A stretch of 64,000 nt of DNA, taken from positions 198,154,001-198,218,000 of the forward strand of contig NC_086097.1 in NCBI RefSeq assembly GCF_963921235.1, in the 5' to 3' direction. The translations under genes were made by a program, and so were the position numbers. The stretch's first letter is position 1, and each line of letters begins with the position of its first letter. Origin of the DNA: Mobula hypostoma (lineage: Eukaryota). The notes under the pieces were generated by a model. That model did no database searches and had not been told where the DNA came from. It worked only from the letters and a program-made list of their open reading frames with translations. This document shows, piece by piece, positions 50,030 to 62,142 of this stretch.

Positions 50030-53000
50030 AAGAGTGGACTTAGCATTCTGAATGGAACCAATGAAGGTAGTGAGAGTTCCCTTAACCCACTAGGAGCAGG
50101 AATGTCTGTGGAGAAACAGCATGCACTTACTGCCCACTGCATCCTGCAATGCCAGGTAGGGCAAGGGGCCTTCTATCTCCATCCTCTCATTCCAGCACTA
50201 TAACCTGACACACTCTTGCTGTCCTCCTCCACACCCTGATGGCTCGGTACACACAGGGGGCTGTGGACGATTCCAGCATAGCAGCCAACTTTTTGGACTG
50301 TACTCTGTGTGTGCAGCTTGGACTCCCTACCGGGTCTCTACCTCACTCCTTCTGCATCATAGCCATTGATAGATGTCCCTTGAAGTCAGAGTGCACACAG
50401 CCAGTGCATAGCAACATCCCAGAGCACAACAAATCCATCCAATTCCTCCTTAACAACTCCTCAACAAACAAGAGAAAATCTGCAGATGCTGGAAATCCAA
50501 GCAACACATACAAAATGCTGGAGGAGCTCAGTAGTCCAGAGAACATCTATGGAAAAAAGTATAATCGATGTTTTGTGCCGAGACCCATCATCAGGGTCCT
50601 GAAACTCTTTTCCATATACTCTACACTCTTCCATAGTGTAGCTGACTGTCCTCTTTTCCATAGATGCTGCCTGGCTTGCTGAGTTCCTCCAGCATTTTGT
50701 GTGTGCCTCCCACCACTCCTCTCATCTTGTGTTATCCCTGGCTTTACCCTCACAACCCTTACTTCACCTGGTCTACCTGGTCACTGCTGAGTTGGGGACC
50801 CACTTACTAGGCCACCTGTCTGCAACCTCCGCTGACTTCACCCTATAAATGCATGGAGACAGAGGAAGCCTTCAACCTCACCAACCTTCCAAAGGAATAC
50901 CAGGATCTCACTCTCGCCTTCAGCAGAGGGGAAGCTAGCGCCCTGCTGCCTCATAGACAACATGACTGCACAATTGACATCCTCCCAGACACCACCCCTC
51001 CCTGACATCATCTTTTCTCCCCCTCCCCTGCTGAGTCACAAGCAATGAATGACTGCATCACAGAAGCGCTACAGCACGGCTTCATTTGACCATCCTGGTC
51101 CACAGCAAGTGCTGTGTTCTTTGTCAAATAGAAAGATGGGGGTCTTTATCCCTGCATTGAGTACCATGGAGTCAACAAGACTGCCAGTAAGAAATGTCAC
51201 CTTCTTCCTATGACAACAGCACATTCAAAACAATCCGCAGGGCCCAGCTGTTCAGCAAACTGGATCTACAGAGCGCAAGAGCCTGGTCTGCATCTGCCAG
51301 GGAGATGAGTGAGTGGCAGCATTCTCTGGCCACTGGGAGTACTTGCTGATGCCTTTCAGACTTTCCAACAGTCCAGCCCCAGCTATTTTTCAAGCCTTCA
51401 TCTACAATATCCTCTGAGACATGCTACACAGGTATGTGTTCATCTACCTCAACAACATGCTCATCTTCTCCAAGGACCCCCAAGAACATGTCACGACTGT
51501 TCAGTTCTTCACTGTCTCCTTGAAAACCAGCAGTACTGCAAGTTAGAAAACAGCCAGTTCCATACCCAAGTCATTTCCATCCTAGATTACATCCTTTCAT
51601 CCCAAGGTATAACCATGGACCCACATAAAGTGCACATCATCATTGATTGTCCCCGACTGCCCTCCCTTAAACAGTTACAGCATTTCTTGGGCTTCGCTTG
51701 CTTCTACTGCCCATTCATCAGGAACTACATCTCTCCTCTCACCTCCCTCACTAAAACATCTACTTCATGGATAGCTTGGTCTGCTGCTGTGCACTACACT
51801 TCTGAGGAGCTCAAGAGTTGCTTCACCATCCTCTGTCAACTGGACCCCACCAGATCTTTCAATGAGGACTGAACATGAAGATGCACCCTTGTGCCTTCCT
51901 CTCATGCAAGATCCACTCTACCCAGCACTATTGTGGAGAAGGAGGCAGGGAGCTACTTGCTATTAAATGGACCATGGAGGAATAGAGATATTGGTTGATG
52001 GGAAGCACTTAGCTCTTCCTGATCTGGACTGACCACCAGAGCCTCAGATCCATAGAACAGAACCCCCAACACAACCCACGTCAGGTTCCCTGGACCCTCT
52101 TCTTCGAGCAATTCAATTTCACCATCTTCTACCAACCCTCCTCTAAGAACACTAAGGTGGATACCTTGCCACAATAGTTCAACCCAGCTGAAACAGAGAT
52201 CGACCCTCAGTCCATCATCTGTCCTTGGATCTTCACCTTGATCGTCTGAAATTTTGAGGACCGGAACCACCAGGCCTGCAGCACTAGCCTGCTCTGGCTG
52301 ATGGACCTGTCAACTGCATGTATGTGTCCTCAGCTGTGTGCTCTGGGCACCCCAGTGGGCCCACTCCTCACCCCCCTCCGGCCATGATTGCAGAGGTATA
52401 TCTATTCATTGCTGCCTGCCCTTAGTGTATTCAGTTCAATTCCTCATACCAGTAGCCCCTCAGGCTCCTGAAGTCCCTACTGGTCCCAACGCCTGTGGTC
52501 CCACATCGCCAGGAATTTCATCATGCGTTTACAACCTTCCAATGAGGCAATGGTGATCATGTCTGTAGTGGACCAATTCTCCAAGACTTCATTGCCCTCT
52601 CTAAACTTTTATCAGCTGCTGAGATGACTCGAATATGTAGATCACCTCCACGGTTTCCCTCAGGACTTTGCGTCGGACTGGGGTTCACAATTCATCTCCC
52701 ATTTCAGGTGAGTCTTCTTATCCCTCCTCCATACCTCAGTGACTTTGATCCTCTGGCTATCATCTGTTGACAATCAGGTAGAGCTATTCAGCAAATGGAA
52801 AAGTTTCTGTGGTGCTTCGTGCCTTTAACCCTTCCATATGGAAGAAGTATCTGCTCTGGGCCAAAATGTCCCTCAAACTGTATACACCTCTTCTAGGGCA
52901 CATATGTCACCCTTTGAAGTGCTTCATGGCTGCCAACCGCCATTGTCCCCCATGGAGGACCTAACGGTGCAGGGCCCATCCTTCAGTGCCCTAATTTCTC

Positions 53001-53510
53001 AATGCAAAATGCTGGGAAAAGGGCACAGAGGGCCATCCTAGCTGCTAACCTGGACTTCTGCTGCCAGCACCCAGCCAACCTACTCTGACCTGGGGACCGT
53101 GTCCACTTAAGAACTGTCCCTGTGCACCAAGCCCTATAAGCTCTTACCACAGTTCATTGGTCCTTTTATAATTACCTATCACATCAACCCAGTCACTTGC
53201 CATCTCCAATTGTCACCATCCAAGTGTACTGCCCCAAGCACATTGTCCATGGACCACTTAACCCACATGAGCCTGTACCTCCAGAACCAAGGATAGTGGA
53301 AGGTAGTCCAGCTTATAAGGTTTGCTGGTTGATGGATTCACATCATTGTGAATGGGGTGTGCAGTTCCTGGTCAAATTGGAAAGATACGGCTGGGAGGAG
53401 AGGTCTTGGGTGCAGTCTGGTTTCATCTTGAATCTATTGGTCATCGAAGAGTTCCACCAGTTCCATCTGGATTGTCCTGGGCTGTTGGAGAAAAGTCAAA
53501 GAGGTGGAGC
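50030..53510 (+). mobile_element. Gypsy D, Sushi-like chromovirus internal region, heavily decayed, no LTRs recognised
   Basis: Protease remnant (AANFLD), RT (FSKLDLQSA, LKQLQHFLGFACFY), integrase remnant and a chromodomain PAYKV...QFLVKLERYGWEERSWV at about 53300-53480. Confidence 0.85.
50463..50705. mobile_element. Penelope-derived fold-back insert in Gypsy D
   Basis: AAATCTGCAGATGCTGG terminus plus an inverted copy; decayed hammerhead core at 50564-50595(-). Confidence 0.75.
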
Positions 53511-54889
53511 TGAATCTATGCCATTAGATCAGCCATTAACTGATTGAATGGCAGATTAGGGTTGATAGACAGGCCAGATGGCCGACTCTGCTCCTGCTGC
53601 TTATGTCCAATATAAATTACAATGGACAGTAATTTTTTTTCGAAGGTATTGCATCCTCAGGAATATTTTGTGGTTACGATAGACCATTTGTAACTGAACA
53701 CAAATATAATTTCAGAGTACCTGTATCATGTAGGAATTTGGAGAAACAAGAAATTAACTTGTATTGAATATACTGTGTTTAATTGCAATAATTCAACTAA
53801 GCTAAAATGTTTTGCTGATGATTTTCATTTATACTCATTGCTTGAGGCTTCTTGTTTAAGAGTCCAACAATAATCTAATCAGCCAGCATTGATGGATTCC
53901 ATTTGCCCTGACACTGTTTCTCCATGGCTGCAATGTCCCAGTGAAACCTTTCATCATGCTTGTCACTGACAGTGCCAAGATTTGCAGGGAAGAAGTCTAA
54001 ATGGGAATGCAGAAAATTAATCTTTAGTGACATGTTGCACTTCATAGTTTGCATGCTTGAAGCATGTAGTCAGCCAACAGCATATAGTTTGATGCTCTGG
54101 AGTTACCAAGAAAATTTTCAACAACATTCTTGAATGTCTGCCATGTGATTTTCTCCAGTCTCACTAGAAGTTTCATAAGCCCCAGTCTTGTATGAAGAGA
54201 AGGCAAAAATATCTTTGTGCATCTACAAATGCCACACTTTTCTGCCCTGCAACTAACTGCTTATAGAGTGGCCAGTCCATTTTTAACGTAATGAGATTCT
54301 TTAGCACAGCTAACCCATTCGTAAATGAAACAACAGTATTTGGTGTATCTGAGCTTCCGTCTTTGTAGTAGTACTACTACTTTCAATGATCCAGTTGTGC
54401 TGTATGTCCAGTTGCTGTACTGTATGTGGTTCAACAAGATTTCAAACCTCAGTAGTTTTCTTTCATGTGTACTGCATAGCCAATTGGTATTGAAGGGTGG
54501 GTATTGATATTGTGTAGTATTACAGCTTAAAGGCTTAACACTGAAGAATCAATAAAAAGACACAATTGCTGTGGATCATGTTGGCAACCCAAAGCATACC
54601 CTGACATGATAGAAGACTTTTCAGCTTACATTGTGGGTAACATTTTAATTGATGAATTGTGCATTGAAATAACAAATAAAGGTAATTCCAAATGAATAGT
54701 GTGTGTCAAGGAAATTTCATGGTGATTATCATGATCAGCAGCGAAAAATCCATAAGATACACCCAAAAGTATTCAGGAAGCAAAATTCTTGTTCCGGTGC
54801 TAGAGGTTACAATACTGAAAGGATACACGAACACTTGGTTATATATCCTCAATGAATTATTGAAAGTGGTTTAAAGCAAATAATTTTTT

Positions 54890-55430
54890 TAGGCTGCATG
54901 AAAAAATTGTGATGAGCCTTTATAACATAATATTTGACTACAATTGGAGTGTTCACTTTTGGCAATCACATTTTGGGAATGATATGAAAATCTTAAAGAG
55001 AGTGTAGAAAAGCTGAGAGAATTTGTTATGTGAATAAACTGAAGAAGGTGAATATCTCCTAGAATAGAGGAGGTTGAAAGACAATTTAATAAATTCAATT
55101 AAAATTATGAAAAATCTTCAAAAATTATATACTGAGAGAAACTTTCAATATGGTGGTTCATTCAAAAATATTTTATTAAAGTTATCAATATGAATGATTA
55201 TCACACAATGAGTGGTTGGATTTGTAATGAATTGCCTGGGAACAGTGGAGGCAGATTCATTAAGGGTGAAATAGCAGAAGTGAACTTATCAAGCACTTGA
55301 AAAGATAAAGTTTATGGTTCTATGGGCGGAAGGCAGAAGAGTGGGAGTAGTTGGATTACACTAAAGTGGTGCTGACAAAGATTGAATGAGCTGAACACCC
55401 TCCTTCTGTGCTGTAACCTTTCTGTGATGC
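54890..55430 (+). mobile_element. Very old CR1 3' remnant
   Basis: Degenerate TTGGAGTGTTCACTTTTGG, TCACACAATGAGTGG and CCTTCTGTGCTGTAA landmarks in CR1 order. Confidence 0.5.
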
Positions 55431-57419
55431 CATGCTTAACAAACTCTGTGAGGAGTATATAGCTGTTCATGGAGAATGTAGATCACTGAATTTCTCATAT
55501 TAGTCACAAAGTGATTACCAAGTGCTGAGGACAAAGGATCAATTATTATTTTCACAGCCATTGAAAACATTGAGCAACTTATTCTCTTCAAGGTGTAGAT
55601 TAATTTTCTCTGCATTGAAGTATGTTTGTTGATGCTTGATTTGATGAATTTGAAAAATAAATTAAGTTAACCAAAGTGAGAGACTTGCCTTTGGAGATTG
55701 TTTTGTTTTGCATGTTGATCAATTCCTGGACTGAGCAGAATCAGGAGCTTTAATCTGGGATCTACCAATGTCATCTCACCGAGGATCTTCAAATGACTGA
55801 AAAGGTGCCAGAAAGTAAACAGTTACTGGCAGCTCTTTGGAAATTTGATTTTATCTGCTTCATGGTTTTTATGAAATTGCACAACAGGCTGAAGAAACTC
55901 TCCATTTGGTGTAAAATACATATAATCAATCTATGTACGTATCCTATCTTATGTATTTATATTTATTGTGCTTTTATCATTATTGTGTTTTTTATACGCT
56001 GCATCAGATTCAGAGTAACAATTATTTTGTTCTCTTTACGCTTGAACAATTCTAGAATCTGGAATAGAGGAAATAAATATTCACAACAATAAGCTCCTAT
56101 AGCACTTCAAACATTAGCAAACTTATTTATGTAATTGAATGAAACCAGGTCAGCATCAAAACTTTCGATGTGTCCTTTCTCTACAGGTTAGATATTGGAG
56201 GATCAGACCCTTGGTGAAAATTCAGTGTGTGACCTTGTTTGAATAATTATTCAATCTGAGAACATTTCCTGCTTGCATGACTGCAGTCCGATTTGCAGTA
56301 TGGACTTTGCAGTTCTCATAATTTGGTGCACTATAAACTGGGTGCGCAAACTGACATATGGTTTGTTCCACGCCAAAGTTTGTGACACCCAGTAACACTG
56401 GCCAACCAAATGTTGCAAAGCTCTAACTGGGATCTGTATTTGTTACAAATGACATTCTGCATCTATGAAATTGCTATGTAAAACCTGGCATTGGAAAGAA
56501 GGATCAAATTAATTTTATAGTTGTATTGCAGTAGCCCCAGACCAGTAGATTACTGGAACGAGTCCAACAACAGTAACCATAGGATGCTAATACAATTTTA
56601 CAGATATTATACAGAGATATTTTTATTGCAGAGCACAGAGTGAAAATGTAATCATTTTCAAGTGGTCGACTATCCAGAGAAAGCGATGTCTGTCTCACAA
56701 GGTCATATTTACTGGAAGTATGGCATTAATTTTGATAATTTTAAGATTTAATTACCCTCGCAAGTGATGCTGTTACAGCAAAAGCAATGTGTAATGACAG
56801 TTAGCTCATTGCCCAAGTGTATTTCTAGTACTAGGCAGACCTGATGAGTAATCAAGTGAAGCAGACCGCCATCCATCACAGCTGTAATACAGTGACTGCG
56901 TTCAATATCTTGGCTATTTTAAGTAACAGCTTGCTATTTTTAAATCTGGGTTTTTAGAGCAATGTGTTCTGAATTTCAAAAAGGAACTTATAAATATCTT
57001 TATGGCAGTTCTGGGTTAGTTCAACAGACATCACTTGTGAATGGGTTCCATTAATTTAAATGAAAGAAGCTTTTATTTGAAGTGACCTTCACTTCCAATT
57101 GTTCATTTTATCTTAATTTAGTTGTTATATTTTATGAATAGCAACCGGCTCATGGAAAGGTGGGTTTAGTGGGGCTGTTTGACTGCATGACTGCAGCACT
57201 GGGTAGGGCTCTAATCTGTTGAGCTTGCAATTCACAATAGGGTTGCTTTTGTTAATAATGTTAGAGTTGAAGGGAAACTTTAAAAGAATGCATTTTTAAT
57301 CATCAAAAAGAATGCAAGATATTTCAAATTTCACAAATTTGATAAATATATAGGTAGATATCTCAGCTTTTCAAAATGCTATTTACTTCTGGAGAAATGC
57401 ACAATTTTGGTACACTTAC

Positions 57420-59440
57420 CTCAAAGTCAAAGTTCAAAATTCAAAGTAAAATTTATTATCAGAGTGCATACATTTTATTACATACAACCCTGAGATTCTT
57501 TTCCTGCGGGTACACTTGCCAAATCAATAGAACAGTAAATGTAAATAGAATCAAAAGACAACAAACTGTGCAAATGCAGATATAAATAAGTAGCAATAAA
57601 TAATGAGCATGAGATAACAAGATAAAGAGTCCTTAAATGAGTGTATTTATCCCCTTTTATTCATGAGCCTGATGGTTGAGGGGTAGTAGCTGTTCTTGAG
57701 CCTGGGAGTGTGAGTCCTGAGACTTTTGTATCTTCCACCTAATGGTAGCAGCGAGAAAAGAGCATGGCCAAGGTGGTGAGGATCTTTGATGATGGATGCT
57801 GTTTTTCTATAGCAAGGTTTCAAGTACATGTGCTCAATAGTTGGGAGGGTTTTGCCAGTGATGTACTGGGCCACATCCACTACCTTTTGTGTGGTTTTCC
57901 ACTCAAGGGCATTGGTGTTCCCATACCAGGCCATAATGCAGCCAGTCAGCCCACTTTCCATCACATCTATAAAAGTTTGGCAAGGTTTTTGATGATATGG
58001 TGAATCTCTGCAGACTCCTGAGGAAACAGAAGTGCTGTCGTGCTTTTTTTTGTAGTTATATTTATATGATGGGTACAGCACAGGCTACTGACCCTCTCTA
58101 CAACTGATCCTCCAATGATTCCTGGCTCATGGATCTCTGGTGTCCTTCTCCTGAAGTCTACAATCAGTTCTTGGTCTTATTGACATCGAGTGTGAGGTTG
58201 TCGTTATTACACCACTCAGCCAAATTTTCAATCTCCCTTCTGTGTGCTGATTCATCACCCCCTTTCATACAACCAACAACAGTGGTGTCATCAGCAAACC
58301 TGTACATGGTGTTGGAGCTGTACTTAGCCACATCATTATAGGTGTGAAGTGAGTAGAGCAGAGGGCTAAGTACACAACCCTGCATTGCTCCTGTGCTGAT
58401 GGAGATTGTGGAGGAGATGTTTTTGCCAATCCAGACTGACTGGGGTCTACAAATGAGGAAATCAGGAAGCAATTGCACAAGGGTGTATTGAGATCCAGGT
58501 CTTGGAGTTTTGAGGGGATGACAGTGTTAAATGTTGATCTGTAATTGATAAAAAGCATCCTGATTGTATTCATCTTTGCTGTCCATATGTTCCAGGGTTG
58601 TTTGAAGAGCCAACGAGATAGCATCTGCTGTAGACCTGTTGCTTCAGTAGGTGAATTGGAGCGGGTCCAAGTCGCCATTCAGACAGGAGCTGATATGCTT
58701 CAACACCAGCCTCTCAAAACACTTCATCACTGTGGATGTGAGTGCCACTGGGAGTAGTCAGTTAGACAGGTTACCATGCTATTCTTGGGCACCGGTACAA
58801 TTGAAGCCTAATTGAAGCAGGTGGGAACCACGCACTACCAGAACGAGAAGTTGAAGATATCTGTAAGTACATCAGCCATTTGTCAGCACAGGTCTTCAAC
58901 ACTCGGCCGGGAACTCCATTTGGACTGAATGCTTTCCTTGGATTCACTCTCTTGAAGGCAGCCCACACATCATCTTCGGATACTGTGACCAAAGGATCAT
59001 CAGGGGACTTAGGGATGCCGGATAGTTCCTCCCTGTTCTGGTGCTCAATGCAAGCATAGAGGTCATTGAGCTCACCTGGAAGCAAAGCTCTGCTGTCCCC
59101 TATGTCACAAGATTTAACTTTGTAGGAGGTTATGGCATTCAAACCTTGCCACAGCTGTTGAGCATCCCTCGTTGATTCCAGTCCAGTCCTGAATTTCCAC
59201 TTCACCCAAGAGATGGCTTTCTGGAGATCGTACCTGCACCTCTAGTAGCATTCTTGATCTCCAGACTTGAATGCCTTTGATTTGGCTCTCAGCAAATTCT
59301 GGAATTCATTGTTCATTCAGGGCTTCTGATCGGGGAAAACCCTGAATGATTTTGTGGGTATATACTCATCCACAGCTATTTTCATAAAGTCTGTAACGAC
59401 CTTTGTGTAGTCATTCAGCTCATCAGGTATGTTCTTGAAC
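57420..59440 (-). mobile_element. Rex1/Babar LINE fragment
   Basis: LWQGLNAITSYK, RVNPRKA, GAMQGCVLSPLLYSL, RFADDTTVVG and IIKDPHHLGHALFSLLP motifs; TTTGAA-type tail. Confidence 0.88.
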
Positions 59441-59509
59441 AGAACATAACCTATCTAAAAAGGCTCTGCAAGAACAGCAACAAAGAGCCACCAAACCTGT
59501 CTCTAAGAA

Positions 59510-59890
59510 GGCAGGTATGAGGAGAGATTGGCTAGACTAGGAAAATGACAGGTGACCTAATTAATATGTACGAGATTCTTAGACGGGTTGGTAGGTGGAA
59601 CAGGAAAGGTGACATTTTCCCTGGCTAAGAATGCAAGAACTAGGTATCATGCTCTTAGAATAGGTGGTAGAACATTTAGAACTAAGATGAGGAGAAGATT
59701 CTTTCCTAAAGAATAATTTATCTATGGAATTCTCCACCATGGAAGATTGCAGAAGATGAGTTTTGTGATTAGATTCAAAACAGAAGTTGATGTATTTCTC
59801 AATAGTAAAAGAACAAAGTAGTATGTAAAAAGGGTATGGAATGGTTTGAGGTAGAGGATCAGATATGATATTTTTGAATGACAGGACTAT
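59510..59890 (+). mobile_element. Old CR1 3' remnant
   Basis: Degenerate GGTGACCTAAT and AAGATGAGGAGAAGATTCTT landmarks. Confidence 0.55.
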
Positions 59891-60129
59891 AGAGAATACA
59901 TGCAGTTAAAGCCTTCACTTCACACTTGACACTCCTTTAATAATCTGCTACTGCATGGGATGAGTGTGATGTATCATTGACGGTGTGGGGATTGTTGTCC
60001 TGTTCTCCATCCAAAGAATATGATGTGTTGGAGAAGCAATGGAGCCTGAAGAAACGAATCTCATAGCATTACTATTTTATCAGTAGGCATGTTCTCTTCC
60101 TTGCAAATGTAACCTGCTTAATCTAAGGC

Positions 60130-61105
60130 AACAAAGCATTCAATACCACCGTCCCCTCAAAACTAATCAATAAACCCCAAGACCTTGGTCTCAATACCTC
60201 CTTTGTGCAATGTGATCCTGGATTTTTTCGCTTGGCAACGGCATCTCTTCCACGATCTCCACTGGTTCACCACAGGGCTGTGTGCTTCGCCCTCTGCTTT
60301 ACTTGATTTACACTTATGACTGTGTGGCTAAGCACAGCTCCAATGCCATATTCAAATTTACTGATGACACCACTGTCATAGGCTGAATAAACGTTGGTGA
60401 TGAATCAGCATAAAGGAGGGAGATTGAAAATATGACTGAATGATGCCATAACAACAACCTCTTACTGAATGTTAGCAAGACCAAGGAGCTGATTATTGAC
60501 TTCAGCAGAAGGAAACCAAAGGTCCTGATCAGAGGATTAGTGGTGGACAGGGTCAGTAACTCTAAATTCCTTGGTGTCATTATTTTGGAGGAGCTGTCCT
60601 GGCCCCAGCAAGTAAATGCAATTATGAAGAAACATGACAGCTCCTCAGCTTTCTTCGGAGTTTGCGAAAATTTGGTATGACACCTGAAGATGTGACAAAC
60701 TTCTGTAGATGTGTAGTGGAGAGTATACTGACTGGCTTCATTGCAGCCTGATATGGAAACACCAAAGCCCATGAATGGATAAATCCTACAAAAAGTAGTG
60801 GGTATGTTACAGTCACTCATGGGTAAAGCCCTTCCCACCATTGAGCACATCCACATGAAACACTGTTGCAGGAAAGCAGCATCAACCATTAGGGACCCCC
60901 ACTACCCAGGAAATGCTTTCTTCTCACTGCTTCCATCAGGAAGAAGGTACAGAAGCCTCAGAATTCACTCTACCAGGGTCAGGAACAGTTACTACTCATC
61001 ACCGTCAGGCTCTTGAATCAAAGGGGATAACTTTACTGTATGTCACTTGCCCCATCATCGAAATGTTCCCACAACCTATGGACTCATTTTCAAGGACGCT
61101 CATTA
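60130..61105 (+). mobile_element. Rex1/Babar LINE 3' fragment
   Basis: Collinear with 32360-32958 and 38512-38780; GKALPTIEHI...RDPHYPGNAFFSLLPSGRRY. Confidence 0.85.
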
Positions 61106-61109
61106 TTAT

Positions 61110-61792
61110 TAGTCTGTGGGATTTAGAGAAACAAATTTGTAAAGAAATTGCTGACTGTTGCAAAAAAAATAAGATTGTTATAGTAGGTTTTCATAGCATT
61201 CCACATATTGACTGGGAATCCCATAGAGCAAAAGGACTACATGGGATAGACTTTGCTGAGTATGTTCAGGAAAATTTCCTTATTCAGTATGTAGAAGTCA
61301 AAACAAGAGAGCGTGTGATACTAGATTTGCTATCAGGGAATGAGACAGGGCAAGTGACAGAAATCTGTGCAGGGAACACTTTTCATCCAGTGACCACAAT
61401 GCCATTAGCTTCAAACTAAATATGCAAAGAGATAGGTCTGGTCCTCGGGCCGAGGTTCTGAATTGAAGAAAGGCTAATTTTGATGGTATCAGAAATGATT
61501 TAGCAAGTGTGGATTGGGACAGGCTGTTTTCTGGCAAAGGTATACTTGAAAAGTGGGAGGACTTCAAAGACAGAATTTTTGGAGTACAAGAATTGTATGT
61601 GGTTGTTGGAACAAAAGGTAAAGACAGCAAGTATAGGGAACCTTGATTTTCAAGAGATATGGAGGCCCTGGGGGGAGGTGCATAGCAGGTATAGGCAAGT
61701 AGGAACAAACGAGTTGCGCATGGATTTTAAGAAATGCAAGAGACCACCTAAGAAAGAAATCAAGAATGCTAAAAGAAGGCATGGAATTGCTC
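61110..61792 (+). mobile_element. CR1 ORF2 endonuclease-region fragment
   Basis: IVIVGF...PHIDW, VQENFLIQYV and TRERVILDLL motifs. Confidence 0.8.
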
Positions 61793-61927
61793 TACCATTG
61801 CTCTCCGCTTCACCATTTTATCATGGCTGATCCATCACCCAAGTGGCTTTTTAAAAAATACATTATGTTTGACAAATATTATGGATGGCTCACATATACC
61901 GCAAAAGGCCAACGGAAATCCTTTTGG

Positions 61928-62142
61928 CAACACACACAAAACGCTGGAGGAACTTAGCAGGCCATGCAGAATTTATAGTCAACATTTCAGCTGAGATCCT
62001 TCATCAGGTCTGGATAAATAGAGAAGCGGAGTCAGACTTAGAGGGTGGGGGGAGGGATAAATAAATAGCTGGGAATTTGATTTGTGATTTTGTGTGTGCT
62101 GCTTGGATTTCCAGCATCTGCAGATTTTCTCTTGTTTGTGTA
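61928..62142. mobile_element. Penelope-derived fold-back insert
   Basis: 12-bp TSD AAATCCTTTTGG (61916-61927, 62143-62154); inverted termini; hammerhead-like core CTGATGA...GAAA at 61978-62008(-). Confidence 0.8.

Noticed and set aside
56838..56865. CTGATGAG motif as a hammerhead core
   Set aside because: No helix II and no GAAA box at the required position.
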